Of a stretch of 64,000 bases of DNA, positions 63,800 to 64,000 are shown one piece after another; within the stretch, counting starts at the first letter, position 1; each line of letters begins with the position of its first letter. Location of the stretch: assembly GCF_001194135.2 (NCBI RefSeq), contig NC_068998.1, positions 823,964-887,963 on the forward strand. The letters run 5' to 3'. The notes under the pieces were generated by a model. That model was not told the DNA's origin, ran no database searches, and was given only the letters and a program-made list of their open reading frames with translations. Source of the stretch: Octopus bimaculoides. Lineage: Eukaryota. The position numbers and the translations under genes were made by a program.

Positions 63800-63872
63800 T
63801 GCCGAAACCCGGGATCGAACCAGGGACCTTTAGATCTTCAGTCTAACGCTCTCCCAACTGAGCTATTTCGGC
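63800..63872 (-). tRNA. tRNA-Phe-GAA: tRNA-Phe (GAA)
   Basis: Reverse complement GCCGAAATAGCTCAGTTGGGAGAGCGTTAGACTGAAGATCTAAAGGTCCCTGGTTCGATCCCGGGTTTCGGCA, canonical. Confidence 0.98.
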
Positions 63873-64000
63873 TTACAGTGTACGGTTTTCTCTATTTAAC
63901 TACTGATTACTTTTTAATGGTATTGAATGTTAAATTACATCGTTATAGAGACATTAATTGAGCGAAGAGGATATGAACAAAGAAGAAGAGAGTGTCAAAT

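Overview
This is AT-rich eukaryotic (metazoan) genomic DNA, dense in microsatellites and broken by many N-gaps. The repeat families and CA/TA/AAT/GATA microsatellite load suggest an octopod cephalopod, which is an inference and not a database result. One protein-coding gene is well supported: a 12-coding-exon haspin (histone H3-Thr3) kinase on the + strand at 46029-58125. All its introns are GT-AG and phase-consistent, giving a 2922-nt CDS (973 aa). A candidate promoter and non-coding first exon lie near 43570-43770. Downstream is a cluster of four tRNA genes: Asn-GTT(+), Phe-GAA(-), Asn-GTT(+), Phe-GAA(-). I found no convincing host coding exon in the first ~43 kb. That region holds decayed non-LTR retrotransposons (R4/Dong-like, RTE-like, one CRE-like, one CR1/Jockey-like), several tRNA-derived SINE families, fold-back elements and simple repeats. 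The most interesting signals are: (i) LINE, SINE and non-autonomous insertions that sit inside (AAT)n arrays; (ii) a compact 46-bp-stem hairpin in the putative haspin 5' intron; (iii) a long intronic fold-back next to a kinase exon; (iv) Pds5-, Polo-box- and HP1-type docking motifs in the haspin N-terminus; (v) a CDE/CHR-like promoter element; and (vi) an 11-mer at the identical offset upstream of both tRNA-Phe genes. I saw no CRISPR array and no prokaryotic system, and no finding here amounts to a demonstrated new biological system.
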